DNA from: Phyllobates terribilis
Lineage: Eukaryota
Direction: 5' to 3'
Assembly (NCBI RefSeq): GCF_046119375.1
Contig: NW_027362960.1
Coordinates: 930,001-994,000 of the forward strand
Length of the DNA: 64,000 bases
How positions within the stretch are numbered: the first letter of the stretch is position 1; each line of letters begins with the position of its first letter. Below are positions 12,401-21,972 of the stretch, piece by piece. Below the pieces are notes generated by a model. That model was not told the DNA's origin. It was given only the letters and a program-made list of their open reading frames with translations, and made no database searches. The translations under genes were made by a program, and so were the position numbers.

Positions 12401-12833
12401 CATCCCCCAGATCCCTTCATAGCATTACTGTATAATGTCCCAGCAGTGTCACCTCTCCAGTCAGCAGCTCAATCATCTTGTAGGTGAGTTCTAGGATCTT
12501 CTGGTCTTTGATGTCCTCATGTATCAGGGGGTGAGGTGGAGGCCCCGTGATTGGGCTCAGGGGTCTTCCCCATCCCTCAGACACAGGGTTCTGACACCGC
12601 TCACTAGAGGTCTTCTTCACTACTATGTAATCCTGGTTATGGAGAGACACATTAATAAATCTCCCTCCAGACATTTCCAGAGTCCTCACCTCTCCAGTTC
12701 TGTCCATCTGTTATTCCCATAGATAAGAATGATGTAATGTGACGTCATCAGAATCTCTCACCTCTCCAGTAAGCCGGAAGAGGATCTCTAGGGTGAGGTG
12801 GAATATCCTCTCCGCCATCTTGTCTCTGTCCAT
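2247..12833 (-). CDS. ZNF-A: KRAB-like C2H2 zinc-finger protein (XlCOF/XlCGF-like), 6 coding exons, 590 aa, 12 fingers
   Basis: Minus-strand exons 12833-12762, 12632-12453, 12378-12255, 5793-5696, 5497-5407, 3454-2247. All introns are GT-AG with matching phases; the total is 1773 nt with no internal stop. Contains a KRAB-A-like box [14 protein letters not shown] and TGEKPY linkers. Confidence 0.9.
3747..4605. mobile_element. Palindromic MITE (T2/Kolobok-like ends), host of the fucolectin insert
   Basis: Ends ggggtattcc ... gaatacccct; 3750-3835 is the reverse complement of 4521-4605. Confidence 0.5.
3995..4520 (-). pseudogene. F-type lectin (fucolectin) pseudogene insert, collapsed form
   Basis: Signal peptide joined to an F-type lectin domain with the H-x26-R-x-D-x4-R motif. 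The start codon is deleted and a TGA follows VIP. Flanked by ACATTTCTAATTGGAG at 3979-3994 and 4521-4536. Confidence 0.88.
4777..4901 (+). mobile_element. Tc1 terminal-repeat remnant
   Basis: cagtcatgg...aaattgttccagaaaatgaagtatttctc resembles amphibian Tc1 TIRs as I recall them; no partner end was found. Confidence 0.5.
5407..5793 (-). CDS. ZNF-A exons 4 (5793-5696) and 5 (5497-5407)
   Basis: [33 protein letters not shown] and [30 protein letters not shown], with canonical splice sites. Confidence 0.88.
6044..6640. repeat. About 200-211-bp tandem repeat x3 (two inverted copies at 11540-11914)
   Basis: ctctttaaaaaagccggccggc starts at 6044, 6255 and 6455. Confidence 0.85.
6052..11914. repeat. 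Giant nested inverted repeat, axis about 8564
   Basis: The left arm is the reverse complement of the right arm. Mirror ORF pairs 8165-8410/8606-8956 and 8158-8370/8751-8963 have outer coordinates summing to 17121. Confidence 0.92.
10582..11445. mobile_element. PIF/Harbinger-type MITE nested in the right palindrome arm
   Basis: TTA TSD (10579-10581, 11446-11448); imperfect TIR GGCTGAGTTCACACGATGC / GCATCGTGTGCACATACCC; absent at the mirror position (about 6725) in the left arm. Confidence 0.88.
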
Positions 12834-12902
12834 ATCAACCTTTGACAGGAAACTTCTCTTATATAGAAGATCTTCACTGAGAGGATCCGATATTGTAGAG
12901 AC
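12255..12902 (-). CDS. ZNF-A exons 1-3 (N-terminal region and KRAB-A-like exon)
   Basis: [24 protein letters not shown] / [13 protein letters not shown]...ELLTGE / [41 protein letters not shown]. Confidence 0.88.
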
Positions 12903-13984
12903 CTGAATGAGAAGAAGATGAGAAGATGTAACGTCATCAATAATTCTATGTAATAATACAATCACTGATTCCGGTATAAAGCAGTAATCTGTGGATCTGA
13001 TCCTGGATGATGCCGGAAGAAGAAGTGGATTTTTATGGCGGCCGTTAATGAGCTTCGCTTTGAGGACTGGAGGAGGTTTGGCCTGAACGCTGCACTCGTG
13101 GTGTGAACACGGACATAGTAGATTATTTAGGGATATTTTCTTGTCCTGCCCTAAACTTGCTTATTCAAATGAATAGGTCCACGAAAAAGAACAGCCTGTC
13201 CACGGATGATAGCTGTGTGTTAAAGAGTTTATCCAGGACTATATTATTTTTATAACTATGGGCAGAAGAAGTAAAAGGCAGATAGTTCCTAACTGCCTGC
13301 CTGCCCTGCCTCAATGTCTGCGGGAACAGAGCGGTCACGGACTGCTCCTGCCAGTGACTCTGCGGTTTCTAATGAGTCACGTAGACGGAGCAGCGGCTTC
13401 TCTTTGGCTCTGCTTTCTTGATGGGACGTGACTGACGACATCACACTGATTGTCAGCTGCCTCCCTGCTGCCTCCCTGCGAGCAGCCAGCGGTCAATCAG
13501 AGGGATGATTTATTTCACCATGCAAAAAAAACAGACACAAAATAGACGCATAGTGTGAATAACGGCAAATTCTGAGAGACAATAATGGGGAATCTCCACA
13601 TACCTCCACCTGCAGACAGGGCCGCCATCAGGGCATCACTGCCCTTACTGCTGTTTGGGGCCCCGTGAGCAGCAGTACAGAGAGGGGCCGGGTCTAGTCA
13701 GGGCCCCCCTCTTGTGCGTCTGCTCACGGCGCTCCATGCACGGCACTCCATGCTGCAATAAAGTGCCGAGCACTGGGGCGCACACCGCCTTAGATGGCGC
13801 ACATATTGGCACCGAGTTCCTTACTGAAGCTGCGCCGCTGCAGCAGCTCCTTCATACTTCAGGAGTCAGGAGCACCCGGTGGCGGCGTGCACCTCCTCAT
13901 CGCAACAGGAGCGCCAGGATGCTGCAGGGATCGTATGTGGGGTAAGTATGACAATTTAATTTTTTTTAAAAAAATTAAATGGAG

Positions 13985-15220
13985 TGGGGGGAGGATGAGC
14001 TGCACATGATGGGGAATTGGGAGTGGAGGGAGGATGAGCTGCACATGGTGGGGAATTTGGAGTGGGAGGAGGATGAGCTGCACATGGGGAATTGACAGTG
14101 GGGGAGGATGAGCTGCACATGGGAATTAGCAGTTGGGGGAGGATGAGCTGCACATCATGGGGAATTTGGAGTGGGAGGAGGATGAACTGCACATGGGGAA
14201 TTGGCAGTGGGGAAGGATGAGCTGCACATGGGGAATTAGCAGTGGGGGAGGATGAGCTGCACGTGATGGGAAATTGGGAGGGGGGAGAGGATGAGCTGCA
14301 CATGATGTGGAATTTGGAGTGGGAGGAGGATGAGCTGCACATGGGGAATTGGCAGTGGGGGAGGATGAGCTGCACATCGGGAATTATCAGTGGGGGATGA
14401 TGAGCTGCACGTGATGGGGAATTGGGAGTGGGGAGAGGATGAGCTGCACATGATGTGGAATTTGGAGTGGGAGGAGGATGAGCTGCACATGGGGAATTGG
14501 CAGTGGGGGAGGATGAGCTGCACATGGGGAATTATCAGTGGGGAGAGGATGAGCTGCACGTGATGGGGAATTGGGAGTGGGGAGAGGATGAGCTGCACAT
14601 GATGGGGAATTTGGAGTGGGAGGAGGATGAGCTGCATATGGGGAATTGGCAGTGGGGGAGGATGAGCTGCACATGGGGAATTAGCTGCACATGGGGAATT
14701 GGCAGTGGGGGAGGATGAGCTGCACATGGGGAATTATCAGTGGGGGAGGATGAGCTGCACATGGGGAGTTGGCAGTGGGGGAGGATTAGCTGCACATGGG
14801 GAATTAGCAGTGGGGGGAGGATGAGCTGCACGTGATGGGGAATTGGCAGTGGGGGAGGATGAGCTGCACGTGATGGGGAATTGCCAGTGGGGGGTGGATG
14901 AGCTGCACATAATGATGAGTTGGGAGTGGGGGGAATGTTGGGTGTGGTGAGGAGGATGAACTGCACATGGGGAATTGGCAGTGGGGGGAGGATGAGCTGC
15001 ACGTGATGGGGAATTGGCAGTGGGGGAGGATGAGCTGCACGTGATGGGGAATTGCCAGTGGGGGGTGGATGAGCTGCACATAATGATGAGTTGGAAGTGG
15101 GGGGAATGTTGGGAGTGGTGAGGAGAATGAACTGCACATGGGGAATTGGCAGTGGGGGGTGTGAGCTGCACATGGGGAATTGGGAGTGGAGGGGTGAGCT
15201 GCACATGGAGGATTGAGAGT
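13985..15220. repeat. G-rich minisatellite, 35-38-bp units
   Basis: gggggaggatgagctgcacat(gat)ggggaattggcagt repeated; strong G/C strand skew. Confidence 0.92.
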
Positions 15221-15832
15221 GGGGGGAGGATGAGCGCATGGTGGATTGGGAGTGGTGGGTGGGAAGAGCGAACGGTGAATTAGGGGTGGGGAGAGCAAAT
15301 GGTGGATTGAAAAGTGGGAGTGGGGAAAGCACATGATGAATTGGGAGTGGGGTGGGGAAAGCAAATGGTGAATGGGGGATGAGGGAGAGTAAATGATGAA
15401 TAGAGGGTGGGGGTGGGGAGAGCAGGAAATAATGAATTGGGGCAGAGGGTCATGTAAATATAATGAATCGGGGGAGCAGGAGGTACAGAGTGGGGGGCAT
15501 TGCGGATGCAGGAGTGTGACTGGTAATAAATTCTGGGAAAGAGTACAGGCTCTAATTAATTTACATATTTATTAGGTGGGGAAAGTGGCTATTTACAGTT
15601 ATTTGGGGCGCAGGGATGGATTACAATTATATTTGGAATGGTGGGTTGCATAATGACTAATTATATATTAATGGTGGGTGCACATCTGTATTCAGCTGTG
15701 TAATGTAGAAGTTGGGGAATATGCTCTACATAACTGTGTTATTTTATTCAAAGACAAGTCCTGGCTGGAAGAAGTGATGGTGGTCTGTGCTGGATGAAGG
15801 AGAAAAGTGAAGATGAAGGACTTCAACTAGAG

Positions 15833-16330
15833 ACGTCACTGGTGAGTCAGTGTATTACATGTACAATGACACTATATACTATGTACAGGGCTCCTGTGTA
15901 TAATGTCACTGGTGATCACTGTATTACCTGTACACTGACACTATATACAGAGCTCCAGTGTATAATGTCACTGATGATCACTATATTACCTGTACACTTA
16001 CATTATACACTGTATACCATGTACAGAGCTCCGGTGTATAATGGCACTTATGGTAATATTAGTATTATGGTTTTTTATTAATGATCAGTATTGTAATAAG
16101 GTGACAATGTGGTGGTAACATGTGGTCTGGTCATGGTGTGGCATTTTTTGTCCCTTCTGTGTGGTATTATTCGGTCACTATGTGGTGGTAATATGTGGTC
16201 TGTCATGGTGCAGCGGTATTCCTTGTATGTGGTATTATTCGGTCACTATGTGGTGGTAATATGTGGTCCGGTCATGGTGTGGTGGTATTTGATCCTTGCA
16301 TGTGGTATTATTGGTCATTTTAAAAAATGT
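15833..16330. repeat. 62-bp tandem repeat followed by a GT-rich tandem repeat of about 63 bp
   Basis: gtgtataatgtcact at 15896 and 15958; gtggtggtaatatgtggtc units at 16110-16300. Confidence 0.75.
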
Positions 16331-16505
16331 GTATGACACATTCCCTTAAAGAAAAATAAATAAAAATATACCTAAAAAGAGTATTGGGTACTTTAAGAAA
16401 ATTTTAATAGGTTAGAATAGAGTAGGGCCCGGCCAGAAGAGTCTACCTTATCGTGGTGGTGGTTTTAAAAATCTTTTGGCCAAAACAAAAGCTGCTGGCT
16501 ATGTA

Positions 16506-18033
16506 CAGTGGGGAAAAAAGACTATTTAGTCAGCCACCAATTGTGCAAGTTCTCCCACTTAAAAATATGAGAGAGGCCTGTAATTCACATCACAGTTAGA
16601 TCTCAACTATGAGAGACAAATTGAGAAAACAAATCCTAAAAATCACATTCTCTGATTTGGAAAGAATTTTTTTTTTCAAATTTTGGTGGAAAATAAGTAT
16701 TCGGTCAATTACAAACAAGCAAGATTTCTGTCTCTCACAGACCTGTAACTTCTTCTTTAAGAGGCTCCTCTGTCCTCCACTCATTACCTGTAGTACTGGC
16801 ACCTGTTTGAACTTGTTATCAGTATAAAAGACACCAGTCCGCAACCTCAAACAGTCACACTCCAAACTCCACTATGGTGAAGATCAAAGCAGCTTGGTGT
16901 AAAGAAATCAACTGTGGGAGCAATAATTAGAAAATGGAAGACATACAAGAACCACTGATAATCTCCCACGATCTGGGGCTCCACACAAGATCTCACCTCG
17001 TGGGATCAAAATGATCTCAAGAACGGTGAGCAAAAATCCCAGAACCACACAGGGGGAGGCCTAGTGAATAACCTGCAGAGAGCTACGACCAACGTTACAC
17101 AGGCTGCCATCAGTAACACACTACGCCGCCAGGAACTCAGATCCTGCAGTGTCAGACGGTTCCCCCTGCTTAAGTCGTTACATGTTCTGGCCCGTCTGAA
17201 GTTTGCTAGAGAGCATTTGGAAGATCCAGAAGAGTATTGGGAGAATGTCATATGGTCAGATGAAACCAAAGTTGAACTGTTTGGTTAGAAACACAACTCG
17301 TCGTGCTTGGAGGAGAAAGAATGCTGAGTTGCATCCAAAGAACACCATACCTACTGTGAAGCATGGGGGTGGCAACATCATGCTTTGGGGCTGTTTCTCT
17401 GCCAAGGGACCAGGACGACTGAGCAGTGTACATGAAAGAATGGATGGGGCCATGTATCGTGAGATTTTGAGTGCAAACCTCCTTCCATCAGCAAGGGCAA
17501 TGAAGATGAAACGTGGCTGGGTCTTTCAGCATGACAATGATCCCACCGCCAGGGCAACAAAGGAGTGGCTTCGTAAGAAGAATTTCAAGGTCCTGGAGTG
17601 GCCTAGCCAGTCTCCAGATCTAAACCCTGTAGAAAACCTTTGGAGGGAGTTGAGAGTCCGTGTTGCCCAGCGACAGACCCCAAAACATCATTGCTCTAGA
17701 GGAGATCTGCATGGAGGAATGGCCCAACATACCAGCAACAGTGTGTGCCAACCTTGTCAAGACTTACAGAAAACGTTTCACCTCTGTCATTGCCAACAAA
17801 GGATAAATAAAGTATTGAGATGAACTTTTGTAATTGACCAAATACTTATTTTCCACCAAAATTTGCAAAAAAATTTCTTTACAAATCAGACAATGTGATT
17901 TTCAGGATTTGTTTTCTCATTTTGTCTCTCATAGTCGAGGTCGACCTATGATGTCAATTACAGGTCGACCTCATCTTTGTAAGTGGGAGAACTTGCACAA
18001 TTGGTGGCTGACTAAATACTTTTTCCCCCACGT
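16506..18033 (+). mobile_element. Tc1 transposon, defective transposase
   Basis: TA flanks; TIR cagtggggaaaaaag..tatttagtcagccaccaattgtgcaagttctcccactt; WSDETK, FQHDND and [11 protein letters not shown] (DD34E-type) split by a stop and a frameshift. Confidence 0.93.
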
Positions 18034-18329
18034 TATGTGATCTGGTGATCACTGGGAACTGTTAATGTGTGACTGTTGAGGACGGGGTGCAGAAGTGGAG
18101 TTTTTCCAAGAGTAGGCGGTGGGACTGTAGAAGGTTCGAGGGATGGAGGTGGAGCCTGGGCAGAGTCTCAAGGGAGCCTGAAAATTTTGACAGTATGGGG
18201 CCCCGAAATTCCTGGTGGCAGCCCTGACTGCAGAGCCGCCACCACATACCTCCACCTGCAGAGCCGCCACCACATACCTCCACCTGCAGAGCCGCCTCCA
18301 CATACCTTCACCTGCAGAGCCGCCACCAC

Positions 18330-18500
18330 ATATATAGCTGTTCTGTGCGCACAGGAGCTGTGATGAGGTCACAGGAGGGGAGGAGTCAGGGGTCACATGA
18401 TCAGGGGCCTCAGTGGATGCAGGACTCTGCTGTGCTGGTTGTCATGGTGCTGGATGAGCTGAAGTTTATGTGTGGGGTCAGGAGGGGTTTACAGTGTGGA
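18330..18500 (-). promoter_or_regulatory. Putative ZNF-A promoter block
   Basis: Same block upstream of all three paralogs (about 18345, 29006, 48712); contains a TCATGTGAC E-box. Function is inferred. Confidence 0.5.
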
Positions 18501-18955
18501 TGTAGCAGAGCCGCGTGTACGAGGTGTACGGAGCGGAGCCCTGTGTGTAAGAGGCGTACGGAGCGGAGCCGCACGTGTACGAGGCGTACGGAGCGGAGCC
18601 GCGCGTGTACGAGGCGTGCGGAGCCGCGTGTGTACGAGGCGTGCGGAGCCGAGCCGCGCGTGTACGAGGCGTACGGAGCCGAGCCGCGCGTGTACGAGGC
18701 GTACGGAGCCGAGCCGCGCGTGTACGAGGCGTACGGAGCCGAGCCGCGCGTGTACGAGGCGTACGGAGCCGAGCCGCGCGTGTACGAGGCGTACGGAGCC
18801 GAGCCGCGCGTGTACGAGGCGTACGGAGCGGATCTGCGCGTGTACGAGGCGGACGGAGCGGAGTCGCGCGTGTACGAGGCGGACGGAGCGGAGTCGCGCG
18901 TGTACGAGGCGGACGGAGCGGAGCCGCGCGTGTTAGAGGCAGACGGAGCGGAGCT
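18500..18955. repeat. 30-bp CpG-rich VNTR, about 15 units
   Basis: gtgtacgaggcgtacggagccgagccgcgc with exact period 30. Confidence 0.95.
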
Positions 18956-19094
18956 AAGTTACGTCGCTTCCTTCTTTCTTTCAATTGGAAACAGAGAGAT
19001 TTTCTTTGAGGTGCTCAAAGAAAGAAAGAGAGCCTCCTCCACTTAATTATATTATTTACTTTACTGGCTTTTATGGTGAGCTGGTTTTACACCA

Positions 19095-19945
19095 GGAGAG
19101 CCTCCTCCATTATATCTAAGGTACACTAAGAGAGCCTCCTCCATTTTATCTGAGGTACACAGGGAGCGCCTACTCCATTTTATCTGAGGTACACCTGGAG
19201 AGCCTCCTCCATTTTACCTGAGGTACACCGGGAGGGCCTCCTCCATTTTACCTGAGGTACACCTGGAGAGCCTCCTCCATTTTACCTGAGGTACACCGGG
19301 AGAGCCTCTTCCATTTTACCTGAGGTACACCGGGAGAGCCTCTTCCATTTTACCTGAGGTACGCCGGGAGAGCCTCTTCCATTTTACCTGAGGTACGCCG
19401 GGAGAGCCTCTTCCATTTTACCTGAGGTACGCCGGGAGAGCCTCTTCCATTTTACCTGAGGTACGCCGGGAGAGCCTTCTCCATTTTACCTGAGGTACGC
19501 CTGGAGAGCCTCCTCCATTTTACCTGAGGTACGCCTGGAAAGCCTCCGACATTTTACCTGAGGTACGCCTGGAGAGCCTCCGACATTTTACCTGAAGTAC
19601 GCCTGGAGAGCCTCCGACATTTTACCTGAGGTACGCCTGGAGAGCCTCCGACATTTTACCTGAGGTACGCCTGGAGAGCCTCCGACATTTTACCTGAGGT
19701 ACGCCTGGAGAGCCTCCGACATTTTACCTGAGGTACGCCTGGAGAGCCTCCGACATTTTACCTGAGGTACGCCGGGAGAGCCTCTTCCATTTTACCTGAG
19801 GTACACCGGGAGAGCCTCTTCCATTTTACCTGAGGTACACCTGGAGAGCCTTCTCCATTTTACCTGAGGTACACCGGGAGAGCCTCCTCCATTTTACCTG
19901 AGGTACGCCTGGAGAGCCTCCTCCATTTTACCTGAGGTACACTGA
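19095..19945. repeat. 34-bp minisatellite, about 25 units
   Basis: gagagcctcttccattttacctgaggtacgccgg; tgaggtac at 19321 and 19355. Confidence 0.95.
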
Positions 19946-20913
19946 AATAGAGCACATCTTCCATTGTACCCGATGAAAACCGAGCATCCTCCATTTTATC
20001 TCAGGTAGGCTTTGTAAAAGCTCACAGGTTTTTCAATGTAGGGCCTCATTCAGACGTCAGTGATTTTTCTCATACTTAACAATCCAGTCTTATTTTCCTC
20101 AGTGTTTTGGATCAGATTTTCATCAGCGTTTGGTTTTTCAGAGTTGTCATAACGGTAAAAGGTGAACTTTGACACATCATGGGCCTCTTTGGCGCCATTA
20201 TTTGAATGCCCCTCTTATAAAGCTGTCTGACTGTTATATGTGTCTACATGTGGTTATATCCTTAAGAAGTGTCAACTTCGAAAGGTGTCGATAATAAAAC
20301 GACAATTAATACAGTTCTGTGTATCCTGATCCTTTCATCAATCTACCAGCAGCGTGGACCATCCATGTGTTTCCTCCATCTACTTTGGTTTGGTCTGACA
20401 ACCTGTGGATCTGCAGCAGCTGATTACCTACGTCTTGATAACTGTTTTGTGAACACAGCCATACCAGGTTAGCAGAACCCTGTTAAAAATATTTTATTTC
20501 ATACCGGATAAGTCCCTATCGCACTTTCGCTCCTGAGCTCTTGTACAACTTTTAAACATCAGTGATTTTCTCATATTCCCCAATGTGACGACACAGCATT
20601 TGTTCTTGATTAAGCCAGACGTGCTTCTTTGGTGGGTCAAGAAACATAGGCCATTGTTATATGAGCCTTAACGTTGACTCTTGAGTTGACGTTTGTTTCA
20701 GCATATTGTCTTGCTATCCGTGGATGACAGGAACGCAGGTCATTGAACAATTGATTTTTGCTAATATGTTGCTACCATTGTATCAGTCCAGGCAACTTGT
20801 TTACTTGCTAGCAGGGAAGGACAAACTATGCAGTTTGATTAAATACTCAAACAATGAGAGTTGACCACATCTCACCTTCCCCCGGACCTGTGGATGATGG
20901 CCTGAAGAATAGT

Positions 20914-21716
20914 TGTGACCTATTGAAGGGGGGGGGGGAATCTGCCTCTGTTCCCCAGACAGAGAATCTACAGGACGCCAGCTTAAGGGACCACAGTCCT
21001 AGCTGGAAGAATTCAGATCTGCTCAATTGACCATCACCTAACCCTCAAAAACGTTTTGAAGAATCCAGGTTGGGACAATCAGGTCACAGCCTTACCAAAA
21101 CCAGGTCAGATCACCAAAGGCAGCATTTGTGTGCAATGTTGATGCTACACAGCCACTCACATATCTGACAATTCACGGAGGCGGTGTTTTGCACCTGTGC
21201 GGCCCCCGCCTTTATCATGGGGTCTGCCGCGTCCGGCTTGTGCTTTGGTGATCTGACCTGGTGTTGGTAAGGCTGTTTTTTTCTTTTTCTGTGATTTTTT
21301 TTGACAATCAGGTCACCTGGCCACATACCTCACTGCACTCGGTTAGCTTCCTAAACTTGCCACTACCTCCTCTCTGTGGGTGCCCGCCAAAAGCTGGGTG
21401 CTACTGGTTGGGGTAGTAGGCATTGGATGCCCTGAAGTCACAGCTGCTCTAATTCCGGCGCGCCAGCGGAAGGGTGAGACTCTGTCTTTTGCACCATCTT
21501 GTGTATTTGCTGGGACTGTCCTATTTATTATTGTCTGTTTGGTGGTTCAATAAAGTATTGCCACACTGTTTTACCCTCACCCTATGCTGTTTCAGTAATA
21601 TTATGCCCATGGGGAAGGAGTGTGGGAATTCAATGGGATGAGTCCTGGCCGATGCGGTCTATCTAAAGACAGCGGGGCTGTGAACGAGACCACCCACAGA
21701 CCCTCGTGTCTTCACA
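20914..21716. mobile_element. Possible solo LTR with an internal inverted repeat
   Basis: TG...CA bounds and AATAAA near 21549; no TSD found. Confidence 0.3.
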
Positions 21717-21972
21717 CTCCCCCCCCCCCCCCAAAAAAAAAGAAGATTTGGCCCAGGACTTTCCCAGTGATTGACAAGTTCCTCCCATAGCGTGAGACTT
21801 GGAGCAGTGTTGAGACAAAGATCTAACTATTGTGCCAGAGTCACTGGTATGGTATATGAAGGGAGGTATGTGTCACACTGGTTGCTAGCCTATGTGAACT
21901 AGAACCAATAAACTTTCTGCCAGCATTTTATATGCTGGGGGTTAACTCTTAAAAAGCGTGGTTTTATCGGAA

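Larger units (their letters stand above)
13617..18226. mobile_element. Composite non-autonomous hAT-like element, 4.6 kb, carrying minisatellites and a Tc1
   Basis: TIRs CAGGGCCGCCATCAGG / CCTGGTGGCAGCCCTG (14 of 16 match); 8-bp flanks CCTGCAGA / ACTGCAGA (1 mismatch). Confidence 0.75.

Noticed and set aside
13859-15364. Overlapping MCSSSSP / PHVQL ORFs (also 31074-32101 and 44554-45812)
   Set aside because: They are translations of minisatellites.
19095-19945. CRISPR-like appearance of the 34-bp repeat (and of the 110-bp array)
   Set aside because: Units are contiguous with no unique spacers, there are no cas genes, and the context is eukaryotic.
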